Of a stretch of DNA of 64,000 nt, positions 20,990 through 33,200 are shown in pieces (position 1 is the first letter of the stretch; each line of letters starts with the position of its first letter). Origin of the DNA: Pavona decussata (lineage: Eukaryota); assembly GCA_977016875.1 (NCBI GenBank), contig CDRNST010000035.1, positions 1,116,001 to 1,180,000 on the forward strand, written 5' to 3'. Made by a program: the position numbers and the translations under genes. A model generated the notes under the pieces. The model searched no databases, was not told where the DNA came from, and was given only the letters and a program-made list of their open reading frames with translations.

Positions 20990-22084
20990 TCGAACTGTAT
21001 TTTGATTGAGATGGGCAACGACATGAAGTACCCGAAAAAGCTTAAGTTGCTCATGGAAACTTTTTTTTTAATTTATTATTATTATATATTTTTTTTAACT
21101 TTTAATTTTCCCGCGCTCTTCAAGATTCAGCTAAAATCTTTTAGGTCTAGGGACATTACTTAGTTTTGAAGAGTCACAATGGATCGACTTATAGCCTTGG
21201 TGAAGACTCTTCTGGTGTTGCGTGTTTTTATGCTGTATTCAAAAATGGAGATGTGTGCATGCAGGTGTGATATCGTCAAGAGGCGGGAATGTTTAAGACC
21301 GATAGAAAAATTTAGTTTCAGTTTACTGCTAACTAAGATGAAATTTTCACCATCAAAAATACGGAAAAAGTGCACTGAAATTTACATATTTTGCTACAGG
21401 CCTCCACCAAAAATACCAAAATGTTGAGAAGAAGCGCCTTCAGAGTGTTACCTGTTAACTGTAAAAGCAATATTTCCTGGAAGACCGACGGGATTGAAAT
21501 ATAGATAGGCTTGTTAGAAATAGCAAGTGGAAACGAACTCAATAACTGCGAGAAAGGATTTTCTAGCGCGTATAGCTCTTAATGTATTTGTTTAGTATAT
21601 CTGTCACTTTAGCTACATATGGCAGTTATTATTGTAATGCTTGTCTAAGGCCAAAAGTTTCTTTCAGGGTACAAGAGTGCATGAATTGCTTTAACAGGCT
21701 CCAAGCCGATAGGAAAACAGTGTCATGTATATGTTATGAAAATAAACTTGAAAGGATACACTGAGTATGTCGTTTCTGTGTCTGTTTAGCGGTGACAAAT
21801 TGGTGGCCGTGAAGGCTATTGCAAGCATAGGCACCCAACAGTTAATGTCGACGGAACATCTGTTCGGGAAGACATTACCCGCCACAGAAATTCGGATTAA
21901 ATTGCGAAGAAAAAAACAAACGCCGGTTTTCTTCATCGAAAGGTCACCTCAAACTTTCGCAGCAATAAAAAACTAATTCTTTTAGTTTTCGCGGAGAGGC
22001 AAAAAATGTTTAATGTTCAAACAAAGGCCAGCTAGTATTTTCAGAAAGCCACAGGCAGGTTTTGGTGATTCGGAGGATGAATCG

Positions 22085-22980
22085 TTACCCGTCTTGGCTC
22101 TTTCTAGTTTTTCTCAATTTCTTGAAAGAGTCGTTTATTCAAAACTGTCTGGTAAATTATTTACATACATTGGGTATTTTGTCCAATAACCAAAACGGCT
22201 TAAGAAAAGATCACTCCACTTCACTCAGCTTTGATTGATTTGTGCGACAAAATTTTTTCCTACTTTTATCGATGCGGATTTACACTAGGTGCAGTTCACC
22301 ATAATATCCTCTTGCACAAGCTTGAATATTATGGAATTCGCGGACTAACGTTAGAGTGAATTTAAAGATATCTTACAAACAGATTACAATTTGTTGAATT
22401 TAACGATCATTCTTCCTCTCTTCACGGCATTTTGTGGGAATTACCACAAGGTGCAATTGTTGGCCCCGTCGCTTTTGTTTTGTTTTTTTTTTTTTGTATT
22501 AGCGATTTAAATAACGTATCCAAACGTTCTGATCTGGTGCAGTGTTTGCAGATGATATTACAAATCTGTTTCTTTCTCGTAAAGAGCCAAACGTTTTAGT
22601 TAATACTTTGAACTCTGAGTTTGAGAGATTATCGCACTGGATAAGCTCTCCCTAAATTTAAAAAAACTAAATTTATGTAATTTAAATCAAGACAGAAAAG
22701 GCAAGATCTTAGCTTGCGTGTCTACATAAACGAGCTGGAAATCGAGCAAATTAAAGAGACTGGTCTTTTTAGGTACCTCCTTTGACGACAACTTGTTTCG
22801 GAAGGCTCACATTTCACATCAAGCAAACAAAACTTCAAAATCGATGGGAATAAACTATAAATCAAATTCTTATTTCCAAAATCGGCCTCAAGAGTCTGTG
22901 CTATTCAATAATTTATCCGTATCTTTTGTGATTTTACAAAAACGAGTCATCAGAATAATAAATAAGTCCAATCATATACC
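22085..22980 (+). mobile_element. Highly decayed LINE reverse transcriptase fragment between the two RLR genes
   Basis: Remnants with stops and frameshifts: (S)NNQNGLRKDHST, HNILLHKLEYYGIRGL, YLTNRLQFVEFN, LPQGAIVGP, FADD, ILQKRVIRIINKS. Confidence 0.75.
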
Positions 22981-23676
22981 TAAATTCCATGAGGTGCTGC
23001 AGAAGTACAGAAATATTTAAAGAAAACACATTTCAAAGAAAGATATGGTTCCGAAATTAATTCAATCTGTTGGCTTCGCTGGACTCGTTTGTTAGGTCGT
23101 AAGAGAGAATTGCGGAAAACAAATAAACATTTGAATATAATTTTGGGGTTTTTATTTTTTATACAGTCTTTTATTTATATACAGTATTTATTCGATGACC
23201 GCCATGGGCGCTTAGTCAAGGGTGGGCGCTTATTATTTCCCCAACATTTCAGTAAGCGTGGACATTTTTAGCGAATAGCAAAACAAGGGATAACAAGTTT
23301 ATGCCGCTTCACTTATACAATTAGACAAAACAAAGTTCAAAAGCTAACATGAACCAGCCATAAGCAATATAAAACAAACAATATTCCCAAATCACATCAG
23401 TTCAAATTCTTAAAAATATCCGCAACATAACAACCGAGGTACAAATCGTGGCTTTCCATACCATATATTGGCTTTTGACGTAGTGGGAATTTTCCTACGA
23501 GGTGTGCAATAAGTTTCGTATTGTTTTTACTGTTTTACTGCTTATTTTCTTTTTCTTAATTTATCAAATTTTCCCCATGAAATCTTCTTTTTATAAAAAT
23601 CCCAATATTTTACTTGTATTTTCTTCACTGTTGGGCACTAACCATCGGCAAATGTTCACACAGTGCCTTTGAGGTC

Positions 23677-24352
23677 GGCACTCACAAAGGGACTAGTCCC
23701 GCGACTAGCTATAGTCCCAGCTACGAAGTCCTTCGTGGGAACTACCTATTGTCATTAAAAAAAAAGTTAAAAGGACTTTAGTCCCACGAATTCAAACTCA
23801 TGGGATCAGCCGCAAGGACTTGTCAGTAAAGTGTCCCTTAGTGTTAACTGTCCGTTAGACAAGTTACAAGTTACCTGCGACCAAACAAAAAAAGTAAACA
23901 AAATGCTGATCAGCATTTTATAAGTTCCCCCCAAATTTTCCCCCTGCCGAGGATGCTTGACCGACAGTTACATTTCAAAATTTAATTGGATCTTTTCTTT
24001 TTTTCCACTTTACCTAGAGATTAAATCTTGGAATTGTCTACATTAAATGAAAGGTCTTGATCGAATAGTGAATTTTTACTGGTTCTATGTCAACAATATA
24101 CAACTCTGGAAAGAAACTCCCAGTAATTTTATTGTGGTTATTGAGCTGACTTATTTAGTAAATTCTATTTCATTAATTAGTAGGAGAGTTGGTTTTTTTT
24201 TTCGTTTCGTTTTCGCGAATTTCAGTTTCGATATGTGACGAACCCTGCGTGTAAACCCCTCAAGGGACTTGTCCCTGCGACTCGTTCCATCGTGTAAACA
24301 CAGAGGACTAGTCTTTGTACAGTCCCTCAGACTAGTCCCCTCGTACTCGCCC
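23677..24352. mobile_element. MITE-like element with GGGACTAGTCCC motifs at both ends
   Basis: Clusters of GGGACTAGTCCC/GGGACTTGTCCC at 23690-23830 and 24263-24342 in inverted arrangement. Confidence 0.5.
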
Positions 24353-24488
24353 ATCTAAAAAGGAAGATGTTTTGAGCTGAAAAAACACAGTCTTGATCAA
24401 CATATCATCCCAACTCTTATGTTGCTCTGGAAGCTATATTTAAACTTAATTATCGTTGTAAACTTTTTGCTTAGTCAAGCAACTCTGT

Positions 24489-24888
24489 TTTCACTTTCGA
24501 GCAATGCTCTCGAAAGTTCAGAACCTGCTAAAGGTAATTTCCCTTTCTATTTCTATAACTCAAATGAAAGCATATATAATATGAAAAAACTTGTACTTCT
24601 AGGAAAAGCTAAACTGGCAACGACTCACTCTGTTGATTGCAACTAAAAAGGAATAACTCTTTTCAAATAACTCTTTCAATAATATTAGAAATAATAGGTT
24701 GTAACAGTCTTCTCGTCTTTCAAACATCTATTTCACTTTTAGGTGAAGACAATGAAATCATGATGATATTCTAGGAATATCACTCATGGATATTCATGCG
24801 ATATTGCGGGAAATTTTACGCCACGCTTCTGGGAATACCCCGTGCACTACTGGTGCTGTAATTGAAGTCAGCGTAGAGGCTATATAAA
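24489..24888 (+). promoter_or_regulatory. RLR-B promoter: ISRE, GAS sites, overlapping GAS/NF-kB-like site, TATA box
   Basis: TTTCACTTTC 24489-24498; TTCTAGGAA 24597-24605 and 24769-24777; TTTCACTTTT 24731-24740; TTCTGGGAA 24827-24835 overlapping GGGAATACCC 24831-24840; TATATAAA 24881-24888. Same order as in the RLR-A promoter. Confidence 0.68.
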
Positions 24889-24971
24889 TGGAGCCAACTT
24901 TGTAAGATTTCATTTGCTGTGGTACTGTCTACTAAGGTAAAATTAGTCACTGTGACACCAGCTAGGTAATC

Positions 24972-27900
24972 ATGAGACCTTACGAGAAACAACTCCTTGA
25001 TGAACGGCTTAAACATTTTATGAGAGAAGTTATTCCCGAGGAGTTGCTTCCCTACCTGCCTTGCCTAACAGATCAAGACCAACAGGAAATCTTTGCTAAA
25101 CAGACTAATCATGGACATATAAGGGCAACTTCGGTGTTAGTGGATCGGCTTAAACGAAGAGAAGAGGGTTTTCCGCAGTTCGTTCAAGCTTTGAGAAGTT
25201 GTGGTGCCGAGCACACGGCACTGCTACTGGATCCATATTACAAAATAAAGGGTAAGGATTGCCGGTGTAACTTCGAATTTGTTTTTGCTATGAAGTCTTC
25301 AAATGATTTATACCAGAATGAAAGTATACGTAGTTCACAAGAGGAAAACAGAATCGAACCGCAAATCGATCGCAAGTTTAATTTAACTAAAGGAAGGAAC
25401 GAATACCATGGATTTATTTAGAACATGATCATCGCACGGTTCAAGTTATACGTTACGTTTTGAATTAATTTACCATTAAAGAATACTAAAATAGCAATTT
25501 CCATAATAGTTCAAGATGATCGAACTGGTCTCTAAACCTAACGAAACTTAAAGTCATGATTTGTGTAATTCTGTTTCAACTAAAAAAATACCTATAATAT
25601 AAAATAATAGTTGTGCAATTCACAAAAAAAGTTGTGATCTTTATCTTGATGTTATTTATATTTACTTGTCATTTTAACAATTCCACACAGCTGGTTTTTG
25701 GCGGCTCGAACGCAAAATGATTCTTAAATTATCGTCTAACAGAGAAAGTTTGTAGATATCTCTTAAAAATCTAGTAGCTATCCAGTTATTGTTATTCCGA
25801 AATACGGTCAATCGAATGCAAGTTTAATCAAAGATTTTGTCACAGCTGAACGAGACTACCGCAAACTTCATTTTTACTAATATTGTAGCTCTATTGAGAA
25901 GACATTCCTTGGGACAACTTACAATAACAATAATACATTTAATAACCTTTGGCGTGAGAAATACGCCCTATCAGATCTATAGGGCCTCTAGATCCTGACC
26001 AAGCGCGCAAGTCACATCACGCAATGACGTCATCTGTGTGTCTTTCTTCTGGTCATTCTGCCCATTCACACCGGGAGCGACTTGAACTGCTCCAGTGCTT
26101 TATCTGCAACTGCAGCAAGTGTTGGTGCTGTGGAGTGGGGTTTTGCTGAAGCTGATCGACGTATTTAACTTATTTGTGTGCCAATTTTCTTCACAGCCTG
26201 CGTATTCGTTTAAAAAAAATATCCGCTATACGTTAAGCTTCTTTTCTTTTCTTTCTTTAATTATTATTTTTTTACATAGATGACGCTGCGGATAATGAAT
26301 CCCCTAATACCGATGGCACAGGACTTGGTTACAAAATGATAGGAACAGCCATTGGTGAGTGAAGTTTGAAAGCAAATTTACTAATTTAAGATAAGAACTC
26401 TAAAAGCCTGTGCTGTACTTCCCAGATCTCGAGATATCAGGTAACCTTTACCCAGAAGACAGTGAAGAGCGGACCGAGAGTTGCTGTGAAATGGAAGAGA
26501 GTGTGGCTGAGACATATAAAAACCAGAAATCCGAGCAGAACAAGAAAATGCGAAAGGATCTTCAAAAGGTATTTTCAAGTACCTACTTTCAGAGAATTTT
26601 TTGTAGTGTTACTCGAAACGTCGCTCAATCTATTTTTTATCAGTAGTTATATACCCAAATCCAAATTATTTTGTTTCACATGTCTCATGTAAAAGAAGAT
26701 TGCTAGTGTCGTTGCTGACAATTCACTCGAAAGAGTACTTCAGTATTCGTCGAAAGCACTCAATTTTCTTGATCTTGATGCATTTTCGCAGATCACGCTT
26801 TGTTAACAGGTGTTCAATTGGCCATTAAAGGTAATTTAAAATGAAAGTCATGAACAGCGCTAACAATGACTCGCCAATACACGAGATTCAAAACTTCCGA
26901 TAATTGTACTAGCTTCAGAGAGAGAGAAATAATGTCTAATTTTTCCCTGCGGAGAGGGTAGGAGTTGCATTTGATATGACTCGAATCAATACTCAGGGAT
27001 AGAAACAAGCACGGGCCCGACTTGAACTTACTTTTGACGCTGACAGCTGAAAATTAACTGTGAAATATAAGGTGCTTTGCAGCCTATCAAGTTGTGATAA
27101 AACGTGTTTTCGTGAACCGTAAATCACCATTTCTTTAGGTGAAACTTTAATTTTAGTTTTCAATTATCCAATCATCATAATCGAAGGGAGATATGAGCTT
27201 TTATTTCAAGGAGAAAATGAATTGAATATCAAGTTTAATAGCTACCTGCCAGAGGTCGGTTTTTAGTGGGAGAATGTGGTGATTAAAACATCGATTTTTT
27301 ACTACTTATTATTTATTTATGTATTTGTTTATTTTTTTCTTTATTTCTTTATTTCTTTATTTCTTTATTTCTTTATTTATTTTTATGAACAATATGGGAA
27401 TTTATTAATATATCTCACCCATCACCAAGCAAAGTGTAAATTGAACAAAGCCTTATCTTCACTTTCAGCATCTTCCCCAAGGCGCTGTGTTCGTTAATAC
27501 AGCAAAAGGCTCCATCATCTCGACGTTTCGTCTGTCCAGCGAGAAAGCAGCTGTGGAATTGTGGGAAATGTACACCAAGGGAACATTAGAGTCCATGCTT
27601 CAGACGGAGTTGGTGGAAAACACGTTAAAAGATCATCCAGAAATCCCAGAAGAACTTCCAAAACTAGCTATCAGCCTCGGTGTAGAAAAGTTTAACACAG
27701 TTAAAGAGAAACTGAAAGGTATTTAAAGAAGCCCTAACTTCTGAAGGGAATAAACATACCACATGGGTATGAAAACGTAAGACTTCTTTCATAATTGTAA
27801 AATGGAGGTTTTGGATTGAGAGTGGAACAGATCTTGCAACGTCTTTGAAATTCTCTTTAACCATTCAGGAAAAGTATACCCAGAGCAGTTTATGATTCCC

Positions 27901-30179
27901 AAGCAATACAATATTCCCAATAATGTCTGAAACAATGAGGCTGCTGGTCGTCTATAACTGGTCCTCGCTGTTAGCTATTTACAGCCTTGAGATGGAGGGG
28001 GTTTTAAAGTTAATAATTTTTAAAGCACCAAACTTACCCGGTAACAATTTTTAAAAATGACATGTGGTTGTTGACTTGATTTTCTTTTTATTAGAAAAAA
28101 ACATTATTTTGACAAGTAATTAAATAAGATAAAATCTGATATTTAATTAACTCCGTTCTCCTCTCACTTACAGAAATTGAGACCAAACAAGAAAACGAGA
28201 GTCTGTTTAATTTAACAAGCGAAGAGGGTAATTCAGTATATATTTCATTTTAAATGTGTAAATAACACAGAATAACCCTATTTATATTATTTACATAACC
28301 GTAACTGAATAGTTTGATAATTTAAAGTACTTATTTTTTACCACTGAAATCATCCACTGCTTGCAAATCAGTTGACTGCATTCCAGAGATTAAACCACAG
28401 TGGTAAGAACAGCTTCTTATGATTATATCTAGCAATGGAAATATAAATTAACCTCAAGCTGAAAAATCAGATTGTGAAGAACACCGAAGAGATGCTGCGC
28501 TAGGAAAAGACAGCGAATCTTCGCGAAAGCGTGGATAAGCTGGTTAGAGTCTCATTTCGTTTAGCGCATTTAAGAGTTCGGAGTTTTTTATTTTGTTCTC
28601 GCCGACCACAAAATAAGGAATATAGAAGGATGAGGTAAAATAAAATAAAAAAATGTACACTGATGTTAATTTTTCCCAGAAAACGGGATCTTTGATGACG
28701 ATGGATGCGATATTAAGATTGAAATTCCTCCAGGTAAGGTATTTTTTAATTTGGTGTTTTTTTATATCGTTTGTGTTACTGGAAATCATACCGGAAATGA
28801 TCTTCTGATAACGCCATGATCCCGCTGGGTAAGATACAGAGTGGGGGTTCTAACTCACGTTTACTATCAATGTAGAAACGGTTTCTGTCTCCAAATTAAA
28901 GGTAAAAACGTAAGGATCGAAGAAAGTGTCCGTATAAAGAACGAGGTATTCTTCTTAACAAATGTTTTCCCCCGCATAGTAGTAAGGTTGAATCCCACTT
29001 AGCAATCTGACAAACCAGTTACAAACTGGTCTGGCTTCCTTCGCATTGAATTATTCCATCTGTTTGTCAAAGCATAACTTCTTCGCTGTGGACTCTCCAA
29101 TTTCCACCGTTTAAACTGTCGAGTACTACTTAGAAGTTGTTATTTCGATTTGCCGCTTGAAAAGGGTTTGTTTTCTTTCTGAAAACGGCAGATCAGAGTC
29201 CTATGAATTTATACATGAGGCGGCCATTGAAAAACAACCTTTCAAATGATGATTTGCTTTGACGTCACACAGGTAGGGATGAGTGGGTCCCCTCCCTCGT
29301 GATATACGCGCCGATAATGGATTTTGATTGGGCCGTTTTTGTTGAAGACAATCAGAAAAATAGATCCCTTGTAGGAGAGAGCAGAGTTTAATGCATCAGA
29401 ACTAATGTGCAGATTTGAAGCCACGACGAAGGAAAAAAAAATACCCGATCGAAAACTTGGCATAGTCTGGCCTGCAGGCATCCCGCGTAATATGAAAAAT
29501 AACAAAAAAAGAGATAGCCAGGTCATTAATGGAAACGCATATTTACCAAATTTGCAGTTTCTTCTCTTAATCTTAATCAGGAATGGAGATCTTCAACTGC
29601 GCTTTAATTTGTTTTGCAGTGTTTCTGGGAAGTGAGGCGAGTGCTCTCCGTGGCAAAGAGCTGCAACTCAGGGAATATCAGAAGGAGTTAGCAGAGCCGG
29701 CCATCCAAGGCAAAAACACCATCATCTGTGCACCAACTAACAGTGGGAAGACCTACGTAGCCATAGGAATTGTCAAAGAGCACCTTGATTCGTTCTCAAG
29801 CAATACAGGACAGCCAAACGCTTCGGGTAAATAGCTGTCGATCACACTTCTGTATTTAATCAAGCTTCCCATTGTGTTGGTTGTAGAATAAACACTGAAC
29901 AACTTGTCACTGAAAAGGCCTGCAAGAGGAGAATCAATTAAAGCATTATGTATTACATTGAATTGCATTGCATTGTATTGCATGTCATTGCATTGCATTG
30001 TATTGCACTGTATTGTATTTTATTACATTGCGTTGCGTTAAGGTTGCGTTTTGTTGTTATGTGTTGTGTTGTATCTTGCTTTCACCCAAAAGCGTAATCA
30101 GAATCGAATCAATCTTTGTTGTGGTGACGGCGACCAAAAAACAACACAATACATTTTTCTTTGTAGTAGTAGTAGTCAG

Positions 30180-30221
<42 letters not shown>

Positions 30222-30230
30222 CGTTGATGG

Positions 30231-30266
<36 letters not shown>

Positions 30267-33200
30267 CGATGCTGCTGTTGTTCCAGGCCTTCATATAATG
30301 TGGGTGCTAAGAGTAAAAACGAGGAGGGAAAACGGAGTGAGAAACGTCGCCATGCTTAAAGCTTCGCCTGCTAAGAAATTTCGGGTTCTGGAGACGAGAA
30401 AGAGAGAGAAAGTTGATTGACAAAGGGTAGAGATAACAGTCCTTCCTCCAAGATCCGTCACTGAATTTTATCACGCTATAGTCATTCCATGCTGAAACAC
30501 ACTAGGCGTGACAAACTATGACATTTCATCAGCTGTTGTACTTTTTCTTGCTACTTTTTGCTGAATTTCCAAATAGATTTTGCTGATTTGCTGTCCATAT
30601 TTGTCCTTGATTGAAAACATTATTTTAATACAATTTATTTTCGACACAGTCGGCATCGCATCGTAAGTTTGTCGGAATAACTAACATCAACTAAAATTAT
30701 CCTATTTCAACCTGCAGCCGACATTACCAGCAGAAAGCAACCACGAGTTGTCTTTGTCGTCAGCACTGTGAACCTTGTCACTCAGCAAAAGGAGAAATTT
30801 GAAGAATATCTTTGCGACAAGTACACCGTGGGTGAGATTTGCGGCGGTAATGCAACAGATATCCCTCTCAAGTACCTTTTACAAAGTCACCATGTTGTTG
30901 TGATGACTGCACAGATACTTGTCAACGCACTGAATAGCGAAAACAAAGAAGAACAAGTGGAACTTAAGGACATCAGTATGCTGCTATTTGACGAGTGTCA
31001 CCATGCCGATAAGGGACATCCGTACAACAGTATCATGGACAACTATCTCGCCTTTAAGTTTCAGTCAGGACCCCAGCCCTGCTTACCAAAGGTATAAGTA
31101 CTGCTCCATGATATTTTTGAAGTTCGCAATTCCGTTCGCGAAACAAAACGTACGTGCATTATTTTGCAAAATACAGTGCCATCTATTTCTAGCAACTTTT
31201 GAAAGCCCGAGAGGCACTTTTTCATCAGTGACAGTGGGTAGAAGTGGTCAAATGTTCTGAAAATGACCATTCTAGGGCGCGGAGACACTTTTTCCCCAAC
31301 GGATGGCCAACTGGATAGAAAGAAAAAGCAACTTTTCCACGTCGGGCCTTTGATTCCAATTTCTTCCCTCGAGTATCTGATCGTATTTATTATTTGTTGG
31401 TTACGTTTACGTCGTAACTAAGTGGCTTCATGTTGTAAATGGCTCTTGAAATCAGTTTATAATCCATTGTCCCTTTTGTAAAGTTATTGTAATCATGGGG
31501 GGACTTGCAATAGGGAAATGGCGACACAATCATTGGAAATAAAAAACAATCCTCAGAGGTAACAAACCAATCAAGTGATAGGTACTCAATCAGTTGACTG
31601 AGAAATAATTCCTGTCTTATTTTATGGCTCACCACTAGGCTTTAAAGGGACCTCCATAACTCTAGTGGTGGCCGTTTTTAGATTTTAGAACTCTGAGTGG
31701 CATCAATACATGAAGCGATACAAATTTCGCCCCAAGAGGTCCCCTTAGTTTTTGTTTAGGAGTTCCCCAAGAGTTAGTGGTAAAAAAAAGATAAAAAAGA
31801 ACATTGTACTGGCCCTGGTTGTTCAAAGAACGGATAACTCTACCCATTGGATAAATCGCTTGATCTAGTGGATAAAATGTACTCCAACCAATAAATATTA
31901 ATCCGTTGGATAGCGATTTATTCACTGAATAAAGCTTTCCGCTCTTTGAGCAACTGGGGCCAGGACTCTACAGATGACACAGTAGGCCGTCATTCGTACA
32001 CGAATGACTTTCGGCTCACTTCGATGACACAGTCTTCACCGCCATTCACCATTAGACAACCCGCTTTTGCCTGGAATATAACGCTCTATATATCACTATA
32101 AAAACGCTCTCTTTCTGTTTTGTACAGATTATTGGCCTGACAGCTTCCCTCGGCACAGGTAAAGCCAAGAGTGTTAAGAAAGCGGAAGAACACATTATTC
32201 TTGTTTCTGCGAATCTTGATGCTGAGGTCATTTCAACTGTGCAGAAAAAGGAAAATAAGGAAGAGCTCAAGAAGTACGCAAACGTACCAGATCAAGAACT
32301 ATATCACGTCCAAAAGAATGAGCAAGATCCCTTCGATAGGATCATTTTCAAGGTATTTTTATTTGTTGAAGTTTACGTTTAGATACCAGAAAGGGATATC
32401 TAGTTTAATTGATATCAAGCTCGCCTCTCGTCTACAACTATGGCAAAAACGTTCCATTTATTAACTTACGTGGTTCCATGGTTGTTACGTTGAAAAAGCT
32501 TCACTTGCAAATTGGAAGCGCGCCAAACACTAAAACAACACCGCGTACAAGTTTTTGGCGTTTTTGCAGGCAAGCGGAGGCGAGCGCTGAGCGCGGGTCA
32601 CGCGTGACGGGAAGAGCTGAAAAACCGTCAACAAAGTCCTGAAAGTCAAGGCAACTTTGTCAAAAAGGTCTTGATCAAATAAGAGAAATGTTGATTTCCC
32701 GTTAAAATTCCATGTTAGAATTCGTGTATTGGCCACAAGACGAAAACTATTTGCGGCCGGTGGTAATATAAAAATAAACCACAAGTGAGGTCCCTCTTTT
32801 TTTACCAATATAAATGTTTTGCTGCATTACATCTTAGCGTGGATGCGAAGTTGCTATCTCAATATTTCAATGCCAAAACTTCTCTTACTGACTTTAAAAG
32901 ATGCGATTAAAAAAATGCGTTTGACTGAGTTACCTGTCAAAGAGGAAATCAACATCCGAGCAATTCATTTGATTCGGTTAGTAGAATAGTGAATTCACAT
33001 ATCAATTGGGCTCTTCTTGTTTAAGGTTATGGAACAGATAGAATTTCAGCTTAAAAAGAAGAAGGGAAAGTGTTACAAGGCTGGACCTCCGGACAAGGCA
33101 GGGCAGCAGTATCGCCAGTGGATAGAGGAATTCTACAAAGATTGTGCGGAGGCTGGAGACCAGTCCTTGGTGACCTACGCCGAGCATCTTCGGGAGTATC

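Noticed and set aside
29968-30420. 150-aa ORF with poly-Val/poly-Asp
   Set aside because: Product of (GTT)n(GAT)n microsatellites within RLR-B intron 7.
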